Assembly (NCBI RefSeq): GCF_000392435.1
Contig: NC_021219.1
Location: 600,001 to 632,000, forward strand
DNA from: Candidatus Saccharimonas aalborgensis
Lineage (GTDB): Bacteria > Patescibacteriota > Saccharimonadia > Saccharimonadales > Saccharimonadaceae
Reading direction: 5' to 3'
Length of the DNA stretch: 32,000 bases
The position numbers and the translations under genes were made by a program. The notes beneath the pieces were generated by a model. That model had not been told where the DNA came from. It did no database searches and saw only the letters and a list, made by a program, of their open reading frames with translations. This document shows, piece by piece, positions 6,826-15,379 of this stretch; positions within the stretch are counted from its first letter, which is position 1, and every line of letters begins with the position of its first letter.

Positions 6826-9579
6826 TTGTTGTTATTGTTCGCGCTACCATTTATCTCCGGATTTGTAGCGCTGTTTTGCGTATCTAATAATATTCACGCC
6901 CTCACCACCATCCCCTACAAGCTAAACTTCCAAGGCCGCCTGACCGATGCTTCTGGTAACCCTATGGCTGCTGGTACCTACAACATGAAATTCCGTATCT
7001 ATGATGCCAGTAGTGGGGGAACCCTAAAGTGGAGTGAGCAACGTGCCAATAGCGCTAGTACTGGTGTTACTGTCACCACTGGCGGTCTGTTCAGTGTCCA
7101 GCTCGGTGATGTATCGAGTCTGCCTGCTAATATCTTTAGTACCACCGACACTGCTACCCTGTACTTTGAGATAGAGCTCCCAACCCCCGCTACAGCTACC
7201 TGTACTGGTGCATCTTGTGAATCCTACACTGAAGGACCTATGACCCCCAGAAACAAACTAGCCTCCAGCGCCTACAGCTTCAACTCCGACCTACTGGATG
7301 GGTTGGATTCGAGTGCTTTTGCGCAGGTAGGGGCAAGTAACACCTGGACGTCTACCAACTTAATCAAGGTTGATAGCGCAACAGCTTTTCAGGTTCAAAA
7401 TGCAGCTGGCTCAACGACGGTTATGAGGGTTGACACGACTGCAAATCGGCTCATGGTTGGCACGCTTGGCACAAGTACTGGCCAACTCTATGTCAGCGGC
7501 AGACTACCAACTGCTTCACTTGGTTCAGTGGCCGTGGGTACGGCGACCCGATCAGTCGCTGTGCAAGGCCGTTATGCTTATACTACAAACTCGACGTCTG
7601 GTGCCCTTAAAGTCTTTGATGTAAGTAACCCAGCAAGCCCAGTCAGTGTTGGCACCATCTCGAGTACTAACGCCTATTTCGTGGCGGTGCAAGGTCGCTA
7701 CGCCTACGTGACAAGTGCAGTTGGTAACACATTAAGCATATATGACGTTAGTAACCCAGCAAGCCCAACGAGTATGGGGTCAGCATCAGTCGCTGGCGCA
7801 TATTCGGTGTATGTGCAAGGTCGCTACGCCTACGTCGGTAGTAACAGCGGCACATTTACCATTGTCGATGTCGGTAATCCGTCCGCACCAATCGTTGCAG
7901 GTTCGCTTAGTATCGGTGCAGGCGCATTGCAGTCAGTCTATATTCAGGGTGTGTATGCCTATATTGTTGATAATACTAACTCAACACTAAACATTGTGAA
8001 TATTAGTAACCCCGCCAGCCTGAGCGTAATAGGCTCACTAGTAATCGGGACGAATATAAAAGCAGTTTCGGTTCAGGGTCGCTATGCCTATATTATTGAC
8101 AATGGCGGTAGCGCACTCAATGTGATTGACGTGAAGAATCCTGCTTCGCCAACCAGCGTCGGCTCAGTTGCGACTGGGTCTTCACCCCAGTCTCTCAGTG
8201 TGCAAGGCCGCTACGTATACGTCACAAACGGAACCGGTAACACTCTCGGTATTTATGATGTATCGACGCCGACCGCTCCTGCTAGTGTTGGAACTGTTGG
8301 TACCGGTAACTTGCCAATCGCCGTGAGCGTTGTTGGTCGCTACGCCTACGTCATTAATTACACGTCCAATACACTCACAACCTATGACGTCGGTGGTGCC
8401 TACGTTCAGCAACTCGAGGCCGGAGGGGCAGAGCTCGGTACGTTGTCTGTCAATGGCAACACGCAGTTGGTGGGTGACGCAATCATTAATGGCGGGCTGA
8501 GTGTTGGGTCGGCAGCGCAGATAAGCGGCGCACTGACAGTTGGGCAAAGTGTGCAGTTTAATGGTGACTTCGGTGTAGGTGGGCGAGTGAATTTGCAGAA
8601 TGTGATCAATTCGACGACGGCCGTGCAGATCAACAATGCCGCTGGAGTAAATTTATTTACGGCTGACACGACTAACTTTACGGTGCAGATAGGACTACTC
8701 GGAACCGATAGTAATGCCGCACTCTTCGTACTCGATTCATACAATCAAGCAACTGACCCAACTGGTTTCAACGGGGCCATGTACTACAACACTAGCCTTA
8801 ACAAGTTTCGCTGCTACCAGAATGGAGCATGGGCAGACTGTATTGGGAGTGGCTCGGGCGCTAGCCTCAGCGCCAATAATACGTGGACAGGAACCAATCT
8901 TTTCAAGACGACTAGCGCAAGTGCTCTCCAAATTCAAAATGCGAGCAGTGCCACTCTTCTGACGGCCGATACAAGCGCAAATCAAGTGGTGATTGGCAGT
9001 ACGAGCGACGGTATCACACTTGGCGCGAGCGGACTCCTCTATGTAGGTACTGGTCGACCGAGCGCTCAAATTACACTTTCGGCAGAGTACCCAGGAGCAA
9101 CGTTCACTGGCGACGGAACTAGCAATAACGGCTCACTTAGCAGCGATTTTTGTTCTGGCTCCTCACGACTCAATATCAACACGGGCGTCTGTGCCGCCAC
9201 AGAGACACATAATTACTATGCTTGGACAACCACCCAAGCGAGTGCACAGGACTACGATGTGTATGCTCGCTACCAGCTACCCAGCGATTACGACACGGGC
9301 AGCCTGACAAATCTTAAGATCTGGGGCTGGGGGACATCAACCACGACCGATCAAGTGACAGTGGCAATGTATGTCGACAGTAGTGGTACGGCGTGCAGTA
9401 CCAGCGGCAATGCAGTGTCAAGTAATGCAACTTGGGTACAAGTGACAGTTGCATCGCCGCTCGGTGCATGTACGCCGGTTGCGGGTGATATGGTGACATT
9501 TAAGGTGCGTGTGGTTGCTGGACAGAATAACTATGCACGTGCGGGAGAAATAAATTTTAGTTATAAGAGGAAATCCTAG
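6826..9579 (+). CDS. Large secreted surface protein: shared N-terminal module, LVIVD-like repeat region, FRCY/W..C module, C-terminal beta-rich domain
   Basis: Long ORF; signal peptide; module identical to 4195 ORF; seven LVIVD-like units. The real start is probably upstream (~6802-6805, see findings). Confidence 0.85.
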   Translation: MLLLFALPFISGFVALFCVSNNIHALTTIPYKLNFQGRLTDASGNPMAAGTYNMKFRIYDASSGGTLKWSEQRANSASTGVTVTTGGLFSVQLGDVSSLPANIFSTTDTATLYFEIELPTPATATCTGASCESYTEGPMTPRNKLASSAYSFNSDLLDGLDSSAFAQVGASNTWTSTNLIKVDSATAFQVQNAAGSTTVMRVDTTANRLMVGTLGTSTGQLYVSGRLPTASLGSVAVGTATRSVAVQGRYAYTTNSTSGALKVFDVSNPASPVSVGTISSTNAYFVAVQGRYAYVTSAVGNTLSIYDVSNPASPTSMGSASVAGAYSVYVQGRYAYVGSNSGTFTIVDVGNPSAPIVAGSLSIGAGALQSVYIQGVYAYIVDNTNSTLNIVNISNPASLSVIGSLVIGTNIKAVSVQGRYAYIIDNGGSALNVIDVKNPASPTSVGSVATGSSPQSLSVQGRYVYVTNGTGNTLGIYDVSTPTAPASVGTVGTGNLPIAVSVVGRYAYVINYTSNTLTTYDVGGAYVQQLEAGGAELGTLSVNGNTQLVGDAIINGGLSVGSAAQISGALTVGQSVQFNGDFGVGGRVNLQNVINSTTAVQINNAAGVNLFTADTTNFTVQIGLLGTDSNAALFVLDSYNQATDPTGFNGAMYYNTSLNKFRCYQNGAWADCIGSGSGASLSANNTWTGTNLFKTTSASALQIQNASSATLLTADTSANQVVIGSTSDGITLGASGLLYVGTGRPSAQITLSAEYPGATFTGDGTSNNGSLSSDFCSGSSRLNINTGVCAATETHNYYAWTTTQASAQDYDVYARYQLPSDYDTGSLTNLKIWGWGTSTTTDQVTVAMYVDSSGTACSTSGNAVSSNATWVQVTVASPLGACTPVAGDMVTFKVRVVAGQNNYARAGEINFSYKRKS
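6893..7336 (+). repeat. 444-bp direct repeat, copy 2
   Basis: Read as identical to 4289-4732. Confidence 0.93.
7540..8395 (+). repeat. Seven tandem LVIVD-like units (beta-propeller-like), 126-129 bp period
   Basis: VQGRYAY-type anchors start at 7561, 7687, 7813, 7942, 8071, 8200 and 8329; unit pattern (V)QGRYAYV...N(T)[14 protein letters not shown]. Confidence 0.88.
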
Positions 9580-9582
9580 ATT

Positions 9583-11982
9583 ATGGTGGCACGTGGATTA
9601 AAATTTGGAGTCCTATTAATGACTGTTACACTGATTTTTTCACTAGTGGTCTCTCGATTTGCGGGTGCGGCTATAAGTTATCGGGCAGCTGGTCTTGGCA
9701 ATAATGCGGGCGGTGCTACCACACTAAATGTCAGCAAACCTAGCGGTGCGCAAGATGGTGATATTTTGATAGCAGTTATCTCGGTTCGTGGTGGAACAAG
9801 TACAACAATCACACCTCCGGCAGGTTGGACGCTAATTAATAGTAATGATAGTACAACGATTTTAAAAAGCTCAGTTTTTTGGAAACAGTCTTCAGCATCT
9901 GACGATAGTATATATACGTTTAGTTTTAATTCGTCACAGAAAGCATCAGGGGTCATATCGGGTTATAGTGGTGTGGATACGGTGTCGTCACCAGTAAATG
10001 CACAAAACAGTCAGGTGAATGCCTCATCAACCTCTATGACGGCTCCAGATGTTACGACTACAGTTACTAATACGATGGTTATTGCCGCTTACAGTACGGC
10101 AACGGGCACCACTATGACTGCCGGAAGTAGTATGTCGTTGCGTGGCCAAGACGCGAGTACTGGCGGATCTGCGGCGACGCGTACAACATCTGGCTTGCAA
10201 GATATCATCCAGCCCACCACCGGCTCTACGGGTACAAAAACCATGACCACTGGCACGGCAGCAGTAAATATTGGTCATACGATTGCGCTTAAGCCAGCGG
10301 CGAGCGTGTCTCAGGTGGGCTATAGGTTTTTTGACAACACAGATAGTACTTCTGTTACAACTGCCATAGCTGCGAAGGATACTGCGGCCTCAGTGAGCTC
10401 GGGAGTACCATTTCGCTTAAGGATAAACTTGGGCGTATCATCGTCCGAAGGCTCGGCACTAGCGGGTCTGACGTACAAGTTACAATACGCGCTGCGGGGC
10501 GCCGATAATTCCTGTGATACATCATTTACCAGTGAGAGTTATGCTGACGTCTTGACGTCTGCAACGCCAGTAAGGTTCTACAACAATGTGACACCATCTA
10601 ACGGTGCAGCCTATTTGACTAATGCCAGCGACCCGACACGCTCTGGTGTCACGGCGGTTGGTCAAACCTATAACGAAGATAATCCCATATCAGTCACAAC
10701 ATCAACTCCAGCTGGTCAAGACATGTTGTGGGATATAGCGCTGATGACTAGTGGCGTTAGCGCAGGTGAGCACTATTGTTTACGTGTTGTGAAAGAGAGT
10801 ACGGGCGCTACTTTGAACGGAGGCTATAGTGTTATACCAGAGGTAGCCATAGTCGCCGCAACGGTCACACAAGCTAACTATCGTTGGTATAGTAATGCTG
10901 ACTCTACAACGCCGGGGAGCGTTCTTGCTGCACAAGACACTGCTGCTTATAGTGTTGCGGCAGGTACACCTATTCGGCTTCGTCAGCGTTTGGCGGTAGA
11001 TACAGCCAGCCTGGGGATAAACCAAGATTTTAAGTTACAGTACGCTGAACGTTCAGGTATCTGTGATACCTCGTTTAGCGGGGAGATGTTTTATGATGTG
11101 AATAATCCCGGAGGAGAAAACCAGTCTGTCACAGCGAATTCTACCATAGTTTCTGAGAATACATCGTACGGGACGTTTAGCTGGACATCACCACAAAATG
11201 CTGCCGGAGAAGACAGCACATATGCGCAGTTAGCAGGGGCAACTACTGGTTCGTACTATTTACAGTCTTCGCAGCATGGATTCAATATTCGGCCTGACGC
11301 TACTATTTCTGGTATTGAGCTGAAAGTTAGGGTGTACTATGAAGGCTATGACGCGTCGGATTCGAATGTTAGATTGGCAAAAGCTGGTATTCCGGTGGGG
11401 ACAAATCACGCGACAAGTGCTTCATTTAGCTACATGAGCCCAGCTTATTATACATATGGCTCACCGACTGATTTATGGGGCACAACTTGGACTCCCAGTG
11501 AGATAAATGATACAAATTTTGGCGGTATGTTTTCTGGGTGGACGAGTGATTCTGTTCCGGTAGGAACGCTGTATGTCGATAACATGCAAATAGTTGTCTA
11601 CTACACCGTTCCCGACATAATTAAGTTTTATGATAACGTAACACCCACAAATGCGGCTTCGATATCTTCTATCGGTAGTGATCCTACAAACGGTGTAAGA
11701 GGTACTATCTATCAAAGCTATCAAGAGGTAAATCTATTTTCAGCTAGTACGGTTGTAGCTGCCGGTAGCGACGGCTTATGGGATTTCGCGCTGGCAACTG
11801 ATTCGTCAGTAGCCGGTAAAACTTATTGCCTCAGAATGGTCAAAAGTGATGGAGGGTTGCTCGATACCTACACGAATATTCCCGAAATCAGTTTTGCATC
11901 AGCAGGCGGGCCAACGCTAGACCAAAAAACGCGCGGTGGCCAAGCTGTGGTCGACGGGGTGAAATCACCATATAGCTTCTAA
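9583..11982 (+). CDS. Large secreted surface protein with duplicated domains
   Basis: N-terminal hydrophobic signal; two related regions VSQVGYRFFDNTDST... and VTQANYRWYSNADST...; upstream aagagga SD. Confidence 0.8.
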   Translation: MVARGLKFGVLLMTVTLIFSLVVSRFAGAAISYRAAGLGNNAGGATTLNVSKPSGAQDGDILIAVISVRGGTSTTITPPAGWTLINSNDSTTILKSSVFWKQSSASDDSIYTFSFNSSQKASGVISGYSGVDTVSSPVNAQNSQVNASSTSMTAPDVTTTVTNTMVIAAYSTATGTTMTAGSSMSLRGQDASTGGSAATRTTSGLQDIIQPTTGSTGTKTMTTGTAAVNIGHTIALKPAASVSQVGYRFFDNTDSTSVTTAIAAKDTAASVSSGVPFRLRINLGVSSSEGSALAGLTYKLQYALRGADNSCDTSFTSESYADVLTSATPVRFYNNVTPSNGAAYLTNASDPTRSGVTAVGQTYNEDNPISVTTSTPAGQDMLWDIALMTSGVSAGEHYCLRVVKESTGATLNGGYSVIPEVAIVAATVTQANYRWYSNADSTTPGSVLAAQDTAAYSVAAGTPIRLRQRLAVDTASLGINQDFKLQYAERSGICDTSFSGEMFYDVNNPGGENQSVTANSTIVSENTSYGTFSWTSPQNAAGEDSTYAQLAGATTGSYYLQSSQHGFNIRPDATISGIELKVRVYYEGYDASDSNVRLAKAGIPVGTNHATSASFSYMSPAYYTYGSPTDLWGTTWTPSEINDTNFGGMFSGWTSDSVPVGTLYVDNMQIVVYYTVPDIIKFYDNVTPTNAASISSIGSDPTNGVRGTIYQSYQEVNLFSASTVVAAGSDGLWDFALATDSSVAGKTYCLRMVKSDGGLLDTYTNIPEISFASAGGPTLDQKTRGGQAVVDGVKSPYSF

Positions 11983-12034
11983 ACGTAGTAGGGCACTACC
12001 TATGCTCAGCTACTAAGCGTATAATGAAAATACT

Positions 12035-12955
12035 ATGGTACGAGTGATTGATGCGACAGGTTTTGCTCGCGATACGCTGGCCGTTCGCGAAGAAAAGATC
12101 GATGTTGAAACCCAATTTGGGCGGATGATTCTGCATATTTTCAACCCATCAGTTTTTACGCAGCAACGCTATGGCGCACCTGATGTGCTGGTTCCGTATT
12201 CACAGGGATGGGCAGAGGACGAAGCGATGGTGAGGGCGGCTAGTAGTGCGCTTGCCGATGGCGGGAACTTTTTGGTTGCGGGTGTCACATATCCCGACCA
12301 CCGTATTGCAATGTCGGTACGCGACGAGCCTGCCTATCGCCGCGAAGCCTTCATGACCGCGCTTGAAGCGATACTGCAAGAAAAAGGTAGCGATTGGATA
12401 ACAGTGCTGCACGGGTACTCCCGGGGCAATGAAGCGATCATCGATGCTGCTCTGGCAACCCCTGAGTCTGTACAGGGCTTGTCGTTTGCAGGGCCGGCCT
12501 GGCTAACGCCGGGCGAGCGGCCGCATACTATGATGAGCAAAGGTGTGCGCGAAGGTTTATATAGTTTGCGCAAAGAAGATATTCCGGGCAAGATCGGCCT
12601 TGCACAGGCAGCGCTTGGACTCGGCTACTCACTTGTCACACGGCCGCTGGCACTGCGAAACGATGTCGCCGCTATTACCGGTACAGACCCAGCGCTAGTG
12701 GCATCTAAACTACAAAGAGTTACTGACCAAGGTATTCCACTGAGTGTAATGATTGGTTCCGAAGATAATATTTGTCCCGAAGAGGGTATTATGACGGTGG
12801 TGAATGCGATTAAAGTACCAGATACTATGCCACCGATTGATGTAAAGCGGACCAATGTGACGCATTTTGGTTACTACTCTCACGCATGGTCACTAGCAGC
12901 GATTGTGGGGCAGATTGAGTTACTCGCAAGCTATACGCGGAATGGTCAGCCCTAG
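12035..12955 (+). CDS. Alpha/beta-hydrolase fold protein
   Basis: Nucleophile elbow LHGYSRGNEAI (G-x-S-x-G), later MIGSEDNICP and NVTHFGYYSHAW as possible acid/His. Confidence 0.7.
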   Translation: MVRVIDATGFARDTLAVREEKIDVETQFGRMILHIFNPSVFTQQRYGAPDVLVPYSQGWAEDEAMVRAASSALADGGNFLVAGVTYPDHRIAMSVRDEPAYRREAFMTALEAILQEKGSDWITVLHGYSRGNEAIIDAALATPESVQGLSFAGPAWLTPGERPHTMMSKGVREGLYSLRKEDIPGKIGLAQAALGLGYSLVTRPLALRNDVAAITGTDPALVASKLQRVTDQGIPLSVMIGSEDNICPEEGIMTVVNAIKVPDTMPPIDVKRTNVTHFGYYSHAWSLAAIVGQIELLASYTRNGQP

Positions 12956-12971
12956 AAAGTGCAATACTTCC

Positions 12972-13856
12972 GTGCCTGAATTGCCAGAGGTTGAAACCGT
13001 CCGTCGTGGCCTAGAAGGGCTTATTGTCGGTCTTAAGATTACTCGTGTGCGCTGCATCGACTCGCCAAAGAGCTTTCCCAATAATCCCGCAGATGTCAGA
13101 GAGTTTCTTTATGGTGCACGGGTCGTGGCAATCCGCCGCCGTGCGAAAGTACTGCTGATTGAGCTAGATAATGACTATACACTAGTGATACACCTCAAAA
13201 TGACTGGACAATTAGTATATCGCGGTGAGCAAGTTTTTGGTGCAGGGCATCCAAACGATTCACTTGTTGGCGAGCTTCCAGATCGGAGTACGCGTGTCGA
13301 CATTACGTTTGATGACGGTTCACACCTCTACTTCAATGATCAGCGTAAATTTGGTTGGATGAAATTGCACCCTACCTTGGAGGTGCCGAATATTGATTTT
13401 ATGCAGCGGGTTGGGCCGGAACCACTCGAAGAAGCGTTTACGAGCAACGAGTTTATTCCACGTGTCCGCCGTCGCAGCAACACGACAATCAAAGCTGCTA
13501 TCCTCGACCAGACGGTGCTAGCAGGAGTTGGCAATATCTACGCCGATGAGTCACTGTGGGGCGCAAAAATCCATCCAGCCACGCGAGTACGTGAGCTAAC
13601 CGATGAGCAATTGGCGCTGCTACTCCATGAGATCAAGTACGTTATGAATCTTAGTATCGAAAAAGGTGGCAGCACCGATCGCAACTATGTGAACGCTGAG
13701 GGTAAGCGGGGAAGTTATATTGATTTTGCTCGTGTGTTTCGCCGCGAAGGACAGTCGTGTCCACGATGTGATACGATCATTAAGAAAACGAGAGTCGCTG
13801 GGCGGGGCACTCACGTATGTCCTCAGTGTCAGCAAGAGCATGGAGATATAGCATAA
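12972..13856 (+). CDS. mutM: Formamidopyrimidine-DNA glycosylase
   Basis: GTG start giving (M)PELPEVETVRRGL; C-terminal zinc finger CPRCDTIIKKTRVAGRGTHVCPQCQ. Confidence 0.95.
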   Translation: MPELPEVETVRRGLEGLIVGLKITRVRCIDSPKSFPNNPADVREFLYGARVVAIRRRAKVLLIELDNDYTLVIHLKMTGQLVYRGEQVFGAGHPNDSLVGELPDRSTRVDITFDDGSHLYFNDQRKFGWMKLHPTLEVPNIDFMQRVGPEPLEEAFTSNEFIPRVRRRSNTTIKAAILDQTVLAGVGNIYADESLWGAKIHPATRVRELTDEQLALLLHEIKYVMNLSIEKGGSTDRNYVNAEGKRGSYIDFARVFRREGQSCPRCDTIIKKTRVAGRGTHVCPQCQQEHGDIA

Positions 13857-14800
13857 TGATCACACTGATCGTCGGCAAGAATTCCTATCGGTCACAAGAA
13901 TTGGTGCAAAAAATCATCAATTCTTCCTCAGAAATGCCCGAATATATCGATGTTTCTGCACTCGAGATCGGAACTTTGGCGGATGCCGTAAAGGGCACAA
14001 GCTTATTTTCGAACGCACGGTTGATCATTATGAATGGCTTGTCGGAGCGAAAAGAGATGTGGGAAAAGCTTTCCGAATGGGTTGACGACATTTCCGCCGA
14101 TACCACACTTGTCTTGATTGAACCCGCTGTCGATCGACGTACCAAGGCGTATAAAGCGATTGCAGCAGCAGCCACTGTCATGACGGCGGAGCCACTGACA
14201 GACCGTGATCGAATCTCTGCCGAACAATGGCTTCAAACGACAGCTCAGTCGTATGGATTGTCGTTGTCAGCTTCCCAGACCAAGGATATGGTGTCCCGCG
14301 CCCTGGGAGTAGGTGAACGCCCTGGACAGTACACCATTGATCAGCAGCAACTTGTGACGGTGCTCGCAACGCTGAAAGATTCACCTGAAGTAACAGATGA
14401 GTTGATAGCAGCAGTGATGCCGCGTCCGGTAGGTGACTCGGTCTTTAGCCTACTTGAACTTTCCATCAATGGTAATCAAAGCGCGAGGAAGGCCCTGCTG
14501 GAGGACCTGCGTCTCAACGATGATCCATACCGAGTTTTCTCACTTCTCCTCAGTCAGTGGGCGCAGCTCGTTACTGTTGCTCTCGCCGGCACTAAGCGTG
14601 ATGATTTGGCACAGGAAGCGAACATTCACCCTTTCGTGATAAAAAAGATGCAGGCGCTGTCCAGACATATCACGCGCGAGCAATTACACACTATCACTGC
14701 GCTTTGTGCTGAGCTTGATAGTCGAATGAAACTATCGCAAGTTACGCCGTGGGATGCCGTCGAGAGACTACTGTTGGCAGTAGAGTTACGCAGCGACTAG
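13856..14800 (+). CDS. holA: DNA polymerase III subunit delta
   Basis: MIITLIVGKNSYRSQELVQKII...; RLIIMNGLSE; SVFSLLELSINGNQSARKALLEDLRLNDDPYRVFSLLLSQW. Start overlaps the mutM stop (TAATG). Confidence 0.85.
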   Translation: MITLIVGKNSYRSQELVQKIINSSSEMPEYIDVSALEIGTLADAVKGTSLFSNARLIIMNGLSERKEMWEKLSEWVDDISADTTLVLIEPAVDRRTKAYKAIAAAATVMTAEPLTDRDRISAEQWLQTTAQSYGLSLSASQTKDMVSRALGVGERPGQYTIDQQQLVTVLATLKDSPEVTDELIAAVMPRPVGDSVFSLLELSINGNQSARKALLEDLRLNDDPYRVFSLLLSQWAQLVTVALAGTKRDDLAQEANIHPFVIKKMQALSRHITREQLHTITALCAELDSRMKLSQVTPWDAVERLLLAVELRSD

Positions 14801-14829
14801 CGTTGGCAATTGCGGGGAGACGTAAGCTG

Positions 14830-15213
14830 CTATTTTTTTGTAGCAGTTTTCTTGGCGGCAGGTTTCTTGGGGGAAGCTTTTGTTGTCGCAGTCTTCGTAG
14901 CTACAGTTTTTTTCGCGGGAGCAGCTTTTTTTGCGGCTGCCGTAGGAGATTTCTTTTTTGCAGCGAGTGTTACGCCAGCAGACTTTGCTGTTTTGCTGAG
15001 TGCGGCCTTGCGGCGAGCAGCGGTTGCTTTTTTGAGAAGGCCTTTTTTGACGGCCGTATCGATTTCGCTATGAGCGGCAGAAAGAGAGGCGCTCGAAGGA
15101 GCGTTGGTAAACGCTTTTACGGCACCCTTTATATCACGCTTGAGGGTAACATTGCGCTCACGACGTTTTACCGTTTGACGCATACGTTTGATGGCTGATT
15201 TAATGATTGGCAT
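14830..15213 (-). CDS. rpsT: 30S ribosomal protein S20 with long Lys/Ala-rich C-terminal tail
   Basis: MPIIKSAIKRMRQTVKRRERNVTLKRDIKGAVKAF...; tail ..KKAAPAKKTVATKTATTKASPKKPAAKKTATKK. Confidence 0.9.
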   Translation of the reverse strand: MPIIKSAIKRMRQTVKRRERNVTLKRDIKGAVKAFTNAPSSASLSAAHSEIDTAVKKGLLKKATAARRKAALSKTAKSAGVTLAAKKKSPTAAAKKAAPAKKTVATKTATTKASPKKPAAKKTATKK

Positions 15214-15261
15214 ATGATAATTCCTCTATCTTAATTTGGCTGCTAATTCAATCAAGGGATA

Positions 15262-15290
15262 ATTATAGCTCACTAACCCCTGTTTGTAAA
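15262..15290 (-). promoter_or_regulatory. rpsT promoter TTTACA-17 nt-TATAAT
   Basis: Reverse-strand reading; perfect -10, 17-nt spacer. Confidence 0.75.
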
Positions 15291-15303
15291 GGGTATGAAA
15301 TGA

Positions 15304-15333
15304 TTGACGGGAATAAACTACTTATGGTATAGT
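15304..15333 (+). promoter_or_regulatory. Promoter TTGACG-18 nt-TATAGT
   Basis: Motif reading upstream of the 15380 CDS; divergent with the rpsT promoter. Confidence 0.65.
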
Positions 15334-15379
15334 GAGGCTGAACTTCTGAAAAAAATAGAAATAGTAGGAATACCAACAG

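Noticed and set aside
7540-8395. Tandem repeats considered as CRISPR or satellite DNA
   Set aside because: In-frame, protein-level LVIVD-like repeats with diverged DNA; no unique spacers.
161-11982. Gram-positive LPXTG sorting signals on the surface proteins
   Set aside because: No LPXTG-like motif plus hydrophobic tail seen at the C-termini; only simple TM anchors in some.
14749-15198. Plus-strand ORFs opposite rpsT (149 aa and 87 aa)
   Set aside because: Phe/Cys-rich translations of the antisense of a Lys/Ala-rich ribosomal gene.
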